Assembly: GCA_965240325.2 (NCBI GenBank) | Contig: OZ251239.1 | Coordinates: 1,240,001-1,304,000 of the forward strand | Direction: 5' to 3' | From: Rebecca billardiae RCC1528 | Lineage: Eukaryota > Protista > Haptophyta | Length of the DNA stretch: 64,000 nucleotides | Part shown: positions 37,160-48,703 of the stretch, in pieces | Position numbering within the stretch: the stretch's first letter is position 1 | Layout of the letters: the number at the start of each line of letters is the position of its first letter | Position numbers and translations under genes: made by a program | Notes under the pieces: model-generated | The model's input: the letters and a program-made list of their open reading frames with translations, nothing else | The model's database searches: none | What the model was told of the DNA's origin: nothing

Positions 37160-40100
37160 TCATGATGCACTAGTACCGCAGACGGTCAGATCGACTGCCG
37201 ACTGCCGGGCGTGCGATGCCCAGCCGTGACTGGGCTGCGGCAGCGCGCCGTTCTCCTCCGCCTCCTCCACCCCCGACCCCGCGTGGCTCGACAGCGGCGC
37301 GGGCGTGCTCCCGGGCCCGTCCGAACTGTCCAGCTCGTCGCCTGGCTCGGGCTCGTCCGTGTCCTCGGACTGATCTTCGTACGGCATCATGAACGCCGAG
37401 AGCGTGCGCGGGCGCGCGCGCAGGTCGTCGTCCTCGCCCTTGTAGTCCTTGAGCCCGCCGATGCCGAACGTGCGGTGCCTGCCGGTCCGGCGGCGACGCG
37501 CGTGTGTGGAGCTCCGGTGGCTCAGCTGCAGCTGCGCCCACATCGCCGAGTTGGGCGCGATTGGCGAGCCAGCGGCCGGCTGGTCAGCGGCGGCGGCGGC
37601 CGGAGCCGCGCCCAGGGCGCCGTCCGAATCGGCTTCTGCGACCGGCGCGATGATCGGCGAGCGCACGCTCGGCGCGCGCGCGCGCCGCGCCTCGGTGCTG
37701 AACATCGGCACGTCGGCCACCGGCGCCGCCGCGGGGGCCTCGTCCGCGGCGCTCGCCGCGCACTCGTTGAGCGCCGAGGTGGGCACGGCGGCCGCGGCGG
37801 TGGCGGCCGACGCCTCGAGCGCCTGGGCGGTCGACGCGGTGGGCAACACGGCGAGCTCGTGGACGGGCAGCAGGCAGCTCTCGAGCACGCGCAGCACCTC
37901 CTTCACGCCCGCCTCGTCCTTGTCCATGCTGATGTCGAGCCCGGCGGAGTCGAACTCGTCGCGCTCGGGCGAGCCGCGCGGGTCGCCCGTCATGCCGATG
38001 ATCATGCCGCTGAAGCCGGCCTCGCGCAGCGCGCGCGTCGCGCCAATGCCCGTCATGCGGGGCATCTGCAGGGCGGCGCGTGCGCGCGCGGGGCGGCGTG
38101 CGCGCGTGCGCGTGTGAGGCCGCGGGCGGCGGGCTCTGTGCGAAAGGTGGCCGCGCGCCAGCCGGCGACCATCCGCCGCGAGCGCGCCCCGCGCAAACAG
38201 ACACCGCGCGTGAAGGCGCGAGCGCTGTGGCACACACCTGGTTGTCCATCACGATGATGTCGTACTGCTCGCCCTTCTCGACGATGCGCTCGACCGCCTC
38301 CTTGCCGTCCCACGCCTGCTCGTACGGCGCGCCCACGCGCTCGAACACGCGCTTGACAAAGCTCTTCTGCAGGATGCGGTCGTCGTCCACGTACAGGCAG
38401 CAGAAGCCCGGCGGGAAATCGTACCCGTCAAGCGACGGGCGGCGCTTCGGGGGCTTCTTGGTCTTGGCCGCGACGGCGGCAGTGCCGAGCAGGCTGGGCG
38501 GCTGCGCGCCGAGCGGCACGGCGAGACCGGCGCCGTTGGTCACGCACGTCGGCGAGCCCCTCGGCGCCACCGCCGCCGCCGCGCCCTCGGTCTCGGGCTT
38601 GGTGAGGCGCGAGGCGGTGGGCGTGGGCGGCAGCCGGCGCTGCGGCGGCGGCGACGCCTCGAGCTCGTCGGCCGACATGATGGGCTCGCACACGACGGGC
38701 ACGTGCGCGAGGGTCTGCCGCGGCCCGGCAGCCGGAGGCGCAGCGCCGAGACTGCGCTGCAACCTCTCCTGGCTGCGCGCGAGCGTCGTGCTGCGCGCGC
38801 GCGCGCGCGCCGACGCGAGGCGATCGTGCAGACCTGGCGACGAGACCGGCGACGCCTGCAGCGACCCGAGCTCTCCTTCGTTCGACTTGGCGCGCCACAG
38901 CCGGAGGCGCAGCTCAAAGGTGGCGCCGAGCCCCGGGCCGGGCGAGTCGAGGTGCAGCTCCGAGTTGTCGTGCAGCTGCAGCAGCTGCCGCGTGATCGTC
39001 AGCCCGAGCCCGGTGCCGCCCGAGCCCTGCAGCTGCCCCTGCCCCACCTGCGAGAAGGCCTCGCCCTTCTTGAGAGTCTTGAGCTCGTCCGCGCCCATGC
39101 CGATGCCCGTGTCGACGACCGAGAGCGAGACCGCCGCCTGGTGCTCCGCGGCCTCTGGATGGCACGCGCACGGGCTCGAGTCGGACGCGCCATCCGCCAT
39201 GTGCATGTTCATCACGGCCGCGCGCAGAGTGATCGTGCCTCCGGGCTCGCTAAACTTGAGCTGCGCGGCGGCGGCGGCGGCGGCGGCGGCGGGCGGGCGG
39301 CGTCGCGGGCGGCGCGCGTCATCTCCAGCGCTTCGGCGCTCGCGCGCGCACCGCACGCGCCCGGCGCGGCCGCGCACCGCGTTGGAGACGCCGTTGTTCA
39401 CGCACTGCTGCAGCCGGCGCGCGTCCGCGATCAGCGGCTGCAGCAGCAGCTCGGGCGGGAGCGGCTCGACCCGAAGCGTCACGCCCTTGCGCTCCGCCAG
39501 CCCCATGAAGGTCGTGCAAGCGTCCTCGCACAGCTGGCTCAGGTAGAAGGGCGCGGGCACGAGGATGAGCCGGCCGCTGTCGATGCGCTCGACTGCGCGA
39601 CGAGGTGGGCGTGGCGCGCGCGCGAGGGAGCCGATCGAGTCAGCTGGACGACGCAGGGTGGCGTTCAGGCCGACAACCGCCAAATGAACCAGGCGCGCGC
39701 GCAGCACGGGCGACGGGCCGCAGGCGTGACGCGCGCGCCGCGCGCGCGCGCACAGTCGAGCATGTCCGAGACGATGTGCTGCATCAGCATCGACATCTTG
39801 CCAAGCGCGTCGACCGAGTCAGTCACGTCGCCGTGGCCCAGCGACGTCGAGCCGTCCAGCTCCTGCAGCGTCGAGACGATGTTGGCCACTGCGAGCAGCG
39901 GAGAGCGCAGGTCGTGCATCACGACGCGGATGAGGCGCGAGCGCGCGTGCTTGGCCGCGAGCGCGCTCTGCAGCTGCAGCTGCTGCTCGGTCTCACTCTC
40001 CCGGAGCGCGTCGACCGCGAGCGTCGCGCGCTCCATGGCCACATCGAGCATCATGTGCTGCGCGGCAGCGAGCGAGTCGGCGGTGAGCTGGTAGTGGTGC

Positions 40101-41026
40101 CGCCCGCGCTGCGCCGAGACGTGCGCGAGGCGACTGAGCAGCGTGCCGCAGAGCAAGAGCGCGAAGAGTGCGCCGCCCTCGAGCATCGGGACGGGCTGCT
40201 CGGCGCGCGAGTGCGCCACAAGGAGGACGAGCTGCTGCAGCGCGATGCAGCCGCCCAACGCGCACGTCGCCGTGGCCTGCATCGGCAGGACCATCGCGGC
40301 GACGGCGGGGACGGCGAGCGCGCGCAGCAGCTTGTCGAACTGGCCGAGCGCTCGGTGCGCTGCGGCCAGCGCCTCGTCGCCCGGGGCGCCGGTGATCGGG
40401 GCCACGCGGCCGCCGTCGAGCGCGCCGATGAAGCAGGCGGCGAAGAAGAGTACGAGCGCGAAGGTGACGCCCTCGACGGTGCGGAGCCGCATGTGCAGCC
40501 GCGGCAGGGCGAAGCCGAAGCAGGCCATGCCAGCAGCTGCGGCCATTGCGCCCACCGCGCACGCGGCTGCCCACATCGACGGGGCCCGAGCCGCACCCGC
40601 CAGCCGCAGGGTGGTCGCGACGGCACAGAGAAGCGCGAACGCCGCGCCCGCGAGCACCAGCCGCGTGGGGTACTGCGCGAGCAGCTCCGCCGCGTACGCG
40701 CACTCCCGTTGGGCGTCAGCAAACTTGAGATTGAGCGTGAGGCGCGGCGGCTGGACCTTCTCGAGCGGCGGCGGCGGCGGCGTCGTCGACGACGTCGGCA
40801 TGTGATCTTGCTGCACGTTGCCCTCGCCAGCCGCCGAGTCGGCGTCGCACTCCGCGGCGGCTGGGGCCGCCGCGGCGGCAGCAGGCGACGCGTCCGCGTC
40901 CGAAGTCGACGAAGAGTCCGAGTGCTCCGCCGCTGAGCAGACGTCGGAGGAGGCGAGCGAGAGCTGGGAGGGGTTGCTGCCGAGCATGGCGCACAGCACG
41001 GGCCGGCCGGATCGGTCACGTCCCAT
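37160..41026 (-). CDS. Membrane hybrid histidine kinase, copy 2 (tandem duplicate); introns 39593-39753, 39261-39377, 38066-38237
   Basis: Near-identical exons and the same intron positions as copy 1; H-box, N/G boxes and receiver Asp intact; differs in the last about 15 aa. Confidence 0.9.
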
Positions 41027-42268
41027 CAGCACGTGAGGAGCGAGCTTGAGGGCGGAGGGGAGCGTGGGGTTGGTGCCACGATGGGTGGGTTGTTCGATGT
41101 GTGATGAGAGTGCGCGTTGTGCGCATCCTTGCGGCACCCGATTCTGAAGAATTGATGAACAATTCGTCAAATTGCTGGTCGCGATTCGCGATTCGCGTGA
41201 ATCACTTTCCCAATTCTTGAACGGACACAATTGGATGATTTGGATCCCGTTTTCAATATCACGGAAAAGGCCTTGATGACAATTTGGTGCTGCTAGAGAG
41301 TTCGAACGTCGTCATCGATGCACTGATACGATAATGAGCCTGATACCCCACATATAGATTTGTACATAACAGCATACTGTAGCCATAAAATGCAGGAATA
41401 AATTGCGACCAAACGTGATGGTACTTTGTCGTAATGATATCAGTCCCATTCATTAAGAAGAACAAACATCAGAGTCGATCGATGAATGATGGATGATATC
41501 ATGATGTGCTTCCGGAAGCACGTGCCGGTCGTGGACGGAACACTACTGACTCACACCTAGGCCTAGCAAGGGCGCGGGAAGGGCTGTCAACTCCCAGTGG
41601 CGCCGAGTGGCGGAGGTTGGTGGCCCCTCAACTCGTGCGGCCTCGCGCCGCAGCCGGGCTAAGTCATCTGGGCCCCGCGCGGACCGCCCCGCGCCCGCTC
41701 CGGGGCGCCGTGCCCGGGGTCGGCCGCCGCCGGTGCGCACGCCGCCGCGCCTGCATGCTGAGTTCCGTGCGCCCACGGTAGCGGCCGCAGACACGGCGCG
41801 TTGTTTGGGCGTCGGCTGGCTAGCACGTCGTAGCTTGACTCCCACGCCGCATGCCGTGACTCGACCGGCGCCCTCGCTGCATGCCTCAGGCCCGAACCCG
41901 CGCTGACGCCCGCGCGCCGCCGTGGCCACGCGCCAATGCCTGCTGCCAGCGCGCGCGCGGTGAGCGGTCGGTGGTGGGCGTGGGTTCGGGGGCGGGGCGC
42001 GCGCCCGGGGCAATGCTCGCGTATGACGATGGGCGCGCGACGTGCCGCCTCGCGCCGCCGCGCTGGCGCCGGCCTGCAGGTTGGCGCAGCACATACTCGT
42101 TTATTCGTCAGTCAGCTGTCGAAAGTGCATATATATATGTATATGTATGTGTCTGCTGCACTCTGAGCCTGACGCTTGCCCGTTGCATACCACGTCGTTA
42201 AATATATATATATATATATATGAATATATATACATATATTCATATATAGATGGAGTGATGGGCGACTA

Positions 42269-43786
42269 CCAGGTCGTTCCCCCTGCACTGGGAATCCGCG
42301 GTTTGGACATACAAGAAAAACAGCCGGAGGACGCACCCGTCGCTACCCGCGAATAAGATTTTCAGGTCTCGCGGGTGCGGATGTGCGTCAATCGATGAGC
42401 TGGTCTCGCAATCCCAAAATTGAGCCGCAACGAGATAGAGGGCAGGGAGCCCCCGGTGGCGGCTCGGCAGGCGAGGGCCGACCAAATCTTGACCTTTTGC
42501 CCTCGGCGGCAGGCGGCAGCGGCGAAGGCGGCCGAGCGCCGTTGGCGGGGCGCGCCCGGGGCACGGCGCTGCGGGCGCGGATGTGCTCGCGGAGCCGGCT
42601 TGCGTGGACAGGCTGTCGCGGGAGAGTATCTGGCGCCCTCCTGTGCCGCGCGTCTCGCGCCACGCCTCTTTTCGCCGCGGCTCAGGGCAGCGCGCACGCG
42701 CGCGCCGCCTCGAGGCCAGCACAGCCGCGCCGGCAGCCAACCGCGCGCGCGCCGTGCGCGGCGTGGTCGGAAAGGAACAAGGGGTGCTGCCGGGCGAGAT
42801 GACGACATCATGTGCGCACGCTATGCCGCCCCGCGGCGCCGCGAAAGGGCACGATAACGGATCCGCACAGCTGTTGACGAGTGCTGATTTCTTCAGTCGT
42901 GCCTGAAGCCAGACCTGAGCTCGAAGAAGATGATGAAAGTGCATCCGCGCGAGGAAGCGTCGCACCCAGCACTTCTACATGACCACGCGGTGATGAACAT
43001 TCATGGAAGAGTATCCCGCTTGCCCGTCTGGGACTGTTCTGTGTCTCAATGATCGTCCCGACAAGGGTCACGACCGCGAGGCCGTGCCGCACACCATTTG
43101 TGACAACTCGAAGAGGCGTGCAAACGGACCGGCGACACGCTCGGCAAGGCGTGGCGGGGCGGCATGGCGTGCGCACATGATGTCGTCATCTCGCCCGGCA
43201 GCCGCGCCCGTTCCTTCCCGACCACGCCGCGCACGGCGCGCGCGCGGTCGGCTGCGGCGCAGGCAAGGCTGGCCAGTTGAGGCGGCGCGCGCCGTGCGCG
43301 CTGCCCTGAGCCGAGGCGAAAGAGGCTTGGCGCAAGACGCGCGGCGCAGGATGGCGGCAGATACTCTCCCGCAACAGCCCGTCCACGCACGCCGGCTCCG
43401 CGAGCACATCCGCGCCCGCAGCGCCCTGGCCCGCATCGCACTCGCCGCCGCCCGGCCGCAGGCCGGCGGGTCAGAAATCGGTGCTCGCACCCGCGAGGGC
43501 TCCCGCCTCCGGTCGCACGCGAAGAACTCATTCCTAGAGCATCGATTTCGTGAGCGGACTATCGCTGACGAGGCTGATTACTGCTGTTCCACGGCTTTGC
43601 CGCGCTCGGGATTTGGCTTCTCGAATGGATGGATCTGGTTTCGTCATTTTTAATTGGAAAGCTCGATTAGATCGTTCAAGTGGTCTGATAGAGCAATCGG
43701 AAGACTAAATCTGCGTTGCTATGCCGCGGCCTCGCGCTCTGAATAGTGCGAAACCGCGGATTCCCAGTGCAGGGGGAACGACCTGG
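42269..43786. mobile_element. Non-autonomous TIR/foldback element (Tc1/mariner-type TA TSD)
   Basis: TA|CCAGGTCGTTCCCCCTGCACTGGGAATCCGCGGTTT at 42269 and its reverse complement ending CGACCTGG|TA at 43786; internal imperfect inverted arms at about 42500-42833 versus 43155-43450. Confidence 0.8.
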
Positions 43787-43916
43787 TATACGAGGGGGGG
43801 GGACGACGGCGAGGAGCGCTGACCCTGGTCATGGTGTTTGTCTCTGCTGCTCCGGATCTGCTGCTAATGCTATACAGCTTGCTGACTCTGACGCCTGCCC
43901 GTTGCATACCACGTCG

Positions 43917-43918
<2 letters not shown>

Positions 43919-43983
<65 letters not shown>
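43919..43983. repeat. (TA)n microsatellite
   Basis: Perfect TA run immediately after the GTCGTTAA motif. Confidence 0.95.
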
Positions 43984-43985
<2 letters not shown>

Positions 43986-45359
43986 AATTTTATTTGTAAC
44001 ATTGAAAATGCTGCTCGGTGCTCCTCGCAGATATTAGTTTGGAGACGACCATAGGATGAATGCCGCGAAGCGCAACTACGGACACGCGCAGCAGACCGTC
44101 GGCCTGTCGGGCATGCACTGACTGACGTGTCGTGGTCAGATTCCGGTGCGGCCGGCCATGCGCGTGGCATGCGCCGTCACGCGGCACTGCGGCGTGTCCG
44201 GATCGGCTCATTCCGGATAATCAATGCATGATGGCTGAGGCCGACTATATCTGCGGCTTCAAGTTCAGGAGCTCGACGAGCGGGGCCGCTTCAGCCTCGG
44301 AGCCAAGTATCCGGTCAGTAGTACTTATAGTCACTATCTGATCTGACTCAGCAGTGCTGGGTTCGGCCAGTCCGGCGGGGCGGCGGATCTAAACAGCCGC
44401 GGATTTTCCGCCCCCGGGGGCGCCCCCGGCCCGCCGGCGCGGGCGCGCGGTTAAACTTAAAAGTTAAACGGCCAGCGAGGCCGCCTGACGACGAGAATAA
44501 ATGGCGCGGGCGGATTTTCACCGCCGTCGTTTTTTCGGCGCGCGCTCACGCGTGCAACTGGTCCAGTCTTGTGATCTCATGATCTCATACGTCTTAGTAG
44601 TCTTAGCAGTCTTCCGACGAGCGGAATATTCTTCATTCCGAATCCAGGTCCGCCGGCCGCGGGCACCGGTCGGTCTACACGCAGTAGAGCAGATGGTGCG
44701 CGCAAGCGCTGCACGCGTTCTGGGGCGAGTGCCGTGCGCCTCGGACCGTTCACCCCGCCACGCTCCTCACTTTCTTGGCCGAGGCCGAAGTCATGGCCGA
44801 GCCCAGGGTGCCCCAGGTTGGTGGCGAGCGCGGCGCGGACTGAGCCCTCAGAATCACCGGAGGGGCTCGCGGCCGCCGTCCCCGCAGGGACTTGTCGCCA
44901 GATCCTCTCTCGGCGGGGGCTGCGAGCTCGCGGGGCAGCTGCACGCGCTCGAGGATGCCATCCTTGCTGGCAACCTTGGGCACGGCATCCTTCGGCGGGA
45001 GCGCGGTCGGTGGCGAGGCCGAGTTGGTCGGGCGCGAGCTGGGCAACGCCGAGTCCTGTGCGATCTGGTGCTGCCCTTGGGGCTGCTGCCCGTGCGGCTG
45101 TGCGTGCTCTGCGTGCCGCCCGCGCACATTCCACACGCGCTTCTTCGTGCTCGCCTTCTCCAACCCGGCGAAGAGGTTCATCGCATGGCGGCGGCTCAGC
45201 ACATCACGACCATCGTTGCTGGGGCTGCTCACCCGTCACGCCGTCTGGGGCGACCTCCGGGCGCTTTGATTCCCGGACTCTCCCTCCTCAGCGCTCACGA
45301 ATCACGATGAGCCGACAGTGGGCGCGATTGGTCGGCGGGCGGCGGGCGCGAATCGCGAG

Positions 45360-47229
45360 ATGGAGGCACGCGCGCAAGCGGCGGTGAACGAGGCGGCATG
45401 CGCGCAGCACGCGGCGCGCGCGCGCCTGTCCGGGGCGCACGTGGCGCTCCGCGCATCCATTCAGGACGGCCGAGACGATGCCGAGATCGCTGCGCGCGCC
45501 GAGGTCGAGGCGGCCGCCGTCGCGTGTCACTTGGCGGATGAGCGCTTGAACGAGGCCCACGCCGCGCTGAGGAGCGCGATCCTGGCGTCCGAGCGCATGC
45601 CTTCCGAGCGCACCGAGCGTGCACGCGCTGCGGACGAGCGCAGCGCCGGCCGCGAGAGGCGCGCACGCGCTGACGCGAGTAGCGAGGACGGAGGCGCGAC
45701 CATCGGGATCTTGCCGTTCGAGCTGCTCGTGCGCGTGCTCGGCTTCGTGTCCGTGCTCGACGTCGCGAGCGCCAACAGCGTGGGGCGCATCTTCCGCGGC
45801 CGTGTCTCGCGGGGCGTGCGCTCGCCCGTGGAGGCGACCCTGCGAGAGCGGCTCGCGGCGCGCCGGCTGCCTCTGCCGAGCGCGCCCCCGCGCACCGCGC
45901 TCAGCTGGACGCAGGAGCTCTTCGAGCGCGAGCTCGTCGCGCTCGGAGCGTGCGCGCACTCCAGCGTCGTCGCCGTGAGCCAAACACTGACCGCCCTGGT
46001 CGACGCCACGGGCGCGCTGCACACATGCGGCCGTGAGGCCCGCCGCCAACATGTGACGGACGCGGTTGTGGAGTTCACGGCACCCGCAGCGCTCGGCCTC
46101 GGAGGCGACGACGCAGCGGAGCCTGTGCCCCATCCGCGCGCCGTCTCCGCTCTTTCCGACGTCCGCATCGTCGCAGTGGCTGCGCAAGCGAAGCATTGTC
46201 TTGCCTCGACCCGTGGGTACATGCTCGCGCTCAGCGACGCGGGCGCGGTCTTCGCATGCGGACGTAGCTCCTGTGGAGAGCTCGGGCTTGGCGCGGTGCA
46301 TTCGGTGCGTGTGCCCACGCGCATCGACGCGCTCAGCAGCGAGCACATTGTGTGCATCAGCGCTGGCAGCTCGTATTCCCCGCATTCCCTCGCCGTCTCC
46401 GCGACTGGGCGCGCTTACAGCTGGGGCAGCGGCGCTCACGGCAAGCTTGGCCACGGCGACATCGAAAGATCAGCACACACCCAAGCAGATTGTCGCACTG
46501 GCACACGAGCGCGTCGCTGCTGTCTCTGCTGGGGCGAATGTCAGCCTCTGCCTCACAGCGCGCGGCGCAGTCTACTCTTCCGGGCACGGCCAGTCTTCCT
46601 GTCTCGGGCACGGAGGGCCGAAGCCGGAGAGAGTGCCGAGGCGCATCGAGGGCCTGGCGGGAGTGCGAGTCGTGCACGTGAGCGCGGGCTCGAGGCACTG
46701 CCTCGTGGTGGACTCGGCTGGGCAAGTGTACTCGTTTGGCGGCGCCGCCGAGCCAACGGGCCACCCCGGGGCCCGCGCCCAACCCGTGCCCAAGCGCATC
46801 GAGGCGCTAGCCGCCGTGCATGCCGTGCGCGCGTGCGCGGGCAAGAGCAGCAGCACCGTGCTCGACATCAACGGTGCTGTCTACACCTGGGCCACTGGCC
46901 CGATTTGGCTGCTTGGCATGGGCCAATGGCTTCCACGGCGCCGCAGGCAGGTGCCATCTGCGCAGCCCTTGGCAGCGTTTTCTGCCAAATCTGTCGTCGA
47001 TCTCGTCCTCGGCGACGACCACGCCCTCGCCGTCACCGCGGATGGTGACGTGTATTCGTGGGGCGGCGGGCTGGCGGGACACCGCCAACCTGCAGTCCCT
47101 CTAGGACTTGCAGCTTGCGACTGGTACCGTGGACACAGCGCTGTGGAGCGGACGGCGGCGGTGTACGCGCCGGAGCGTCTCGAGGATGCACCTCGCATGC
47201 TCGTACTCCGCCGCCAGCCAATGCTCTAA
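45360..47229 (+). pseudogene. F-box plus RCC1-repeat protein with a +1 frameshift at about 46465-46467 (pseudogene or sequence error)
   Basis: F-box ILPFELLVRVLGFVSVLDVASANSVGRIF. RCC1 blades (GAVFACGRSSCGELGLG, GRAYSWGSGAHGKLGHGD) continue as DQHTPKQIVAL..GAVYSSGHG..GQVYSFGG..GDVYSWGG in another frame after ATC GAA A GAT. Confidence 0.8.
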
Positions 47230-47630
47230 CTGCGACGAGACGACGACGACTCACAGACTACGGGCTGAGCTGCCTGTCTCGGAGCGCGGGCATGGCAGGG
47301 CCCGGGGCATGGCAGGGCCCGGGGCCGCGGGGGCCCGGGCCGCCGGGCGCCAGTGCCCAGTCGTCACTGGTCGTCAGTCGACCATAGTCCTACTGACGAT
47401 ACTCGGCGGATGGCTGCTGACTCCGCTGCGACTCGTCGTCGTAGTATATTAGTCGCGCGCGCGTATAACGGTACGACGTCGTAGCGCAGTGACGATGCGC
47501 GGCCCGCGCGTGCCGCTGTGATTGATGCGGCACGCGACCGGGCACGCGCACTCTGTCTGTCTCTGAGTGTTGCGCGCCGGCCCTGACTTGGTGTGAGTGG
47601 CAGCGTCGCGCGCCCGCGGATGGGCGATCA

Positions 47631-48413
47631 TCAGCGCGCGGCTGCCGCATCAGCCGGGCCCGCCCCTTGCGCTCCCAGCGGCACGGCGACGGGCGCGGAT
47701 TGGGCGTGCGACTGCGAGGCAGGCGGCGGGCCTGACTGCGGCTGCCCTGCCGAGGGCGGAGGATGCCACACGGGCGTCAGCCCGAGGTCCTTCTGCAGCT
47801 CGACCGCCTTCTGCACCTCGTGCGAGCGCAGCTCGAACTTTGGCACCTCGTACTTGGCCAGCTTGCGCCGCTCCGCCGGGCCCGACACGCCGTCGCGCAC
47901 GTGCACGGGCGTGTTGGTGAGTACCTTGAGTAACGCGGAGCGCACATCCTCAGCGCGCGCGCCCGACGCGTACCAGACCTCCAGGCGGTAGAGCGGGCGG
48001 CCGCGCGCGCTCTTGTCGCACACGCGCGCGCCCGTGATCCCGCCGTTCGGCTCGAGCGTCTCCGTCACCATCGCCAGCACGATCAGCTCCCAGAGCGCGT
48101 CGAGCACGCCCGGCGCAAATGACTTGCGCGCGAACCACTCGCCGCCGCGCTCGTTGACGGGGTCCTCCCACTTGGGAAGGATGCCGTCGCGGAAGACGGA
48201 GAGGGACTCGACTGTGCGCCCGACGCACACGCCCCGCTGGAACAGCTCGCTCGGCGGCGGCACGTGCGAGTAGTAGCTCCAAAAGTCCTCCGCGGTCGCC
48301 GTCATCCCCAGCCGGCGCATCTTTGTGTCCCAGCTCGCCTGGCCGTCGGCATCGGCGAGGTGCTCGTACCACACCCAGCTCGCCCGCAGTGGCGTCGCCG
48401 GTGCGCCGTCCAT
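47631..48413 (-). CDS. eIF4E: Eukaryotic translation initiation factor 4E family protein
   Basis: PLRASWVWY..SWD..TAEDFWSYY..SVFRDGILPKWEDPVNERGGEW..LWELIVLAM..ITGARVCDK..YRLEVW; cap-stacking Trp residues retained. Confidence 0.93.
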   Translation of the reverse strand: MDGAPATPLRASWVWYEHLADADGQASWDTKMRRLGMTATAEDFWSYYSHVPPPSELFQRGVCVGRTVESLSVFRDGILPKWEDPVNERGGEWFARKSFAPGVLDALWELIVLAMVTETLEPNGGITGARVCDKSARGRPLYRLEVWYASGARAEDVRSALLKVLTNTPVHVRDGVSGPAERRKLAKYEVPKFELRSHEVQKAVELQKDLGLTPVWHPPPSAGQPQSGPPPASQSHAQSAPVAVPLGAQGAGPADAAAAR

Positions 48414-48703
48414 CGGAGCCCGCCTCGCCCGAGCGCTCGCCCGACAGCGCGAGATGCGCCCGACCGCGGCGTTGGACGAGCCAATGAGGACGGCGGCCCG
48501 GCCTGCCGAGCTCCGCCCGCGCTGTAGCAGGCTAGCAGCCGGAGTTTATTTTCGTCGCCGCCTTTTGGCATTTTTCGTGTCGCGATTCGTCTTTTCGATC
48601 GGTGGTCGTCGTCACTGTCACACTGTGACTCTCGCGGCCTGTCGCCGACGGCTACGGCAGTGCCCGCACTGGGACCCGGCGTGACGGCGCGAACGCCGCA
48701 GCC

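Noticed and set aside
44640-45232. Possible small two-exon minus-strand gene divergent from the F-box/RCC1 gene
   Set aside because: Plausible splice sites but low-complexity product with no motif; cannot be supported without transcripts.
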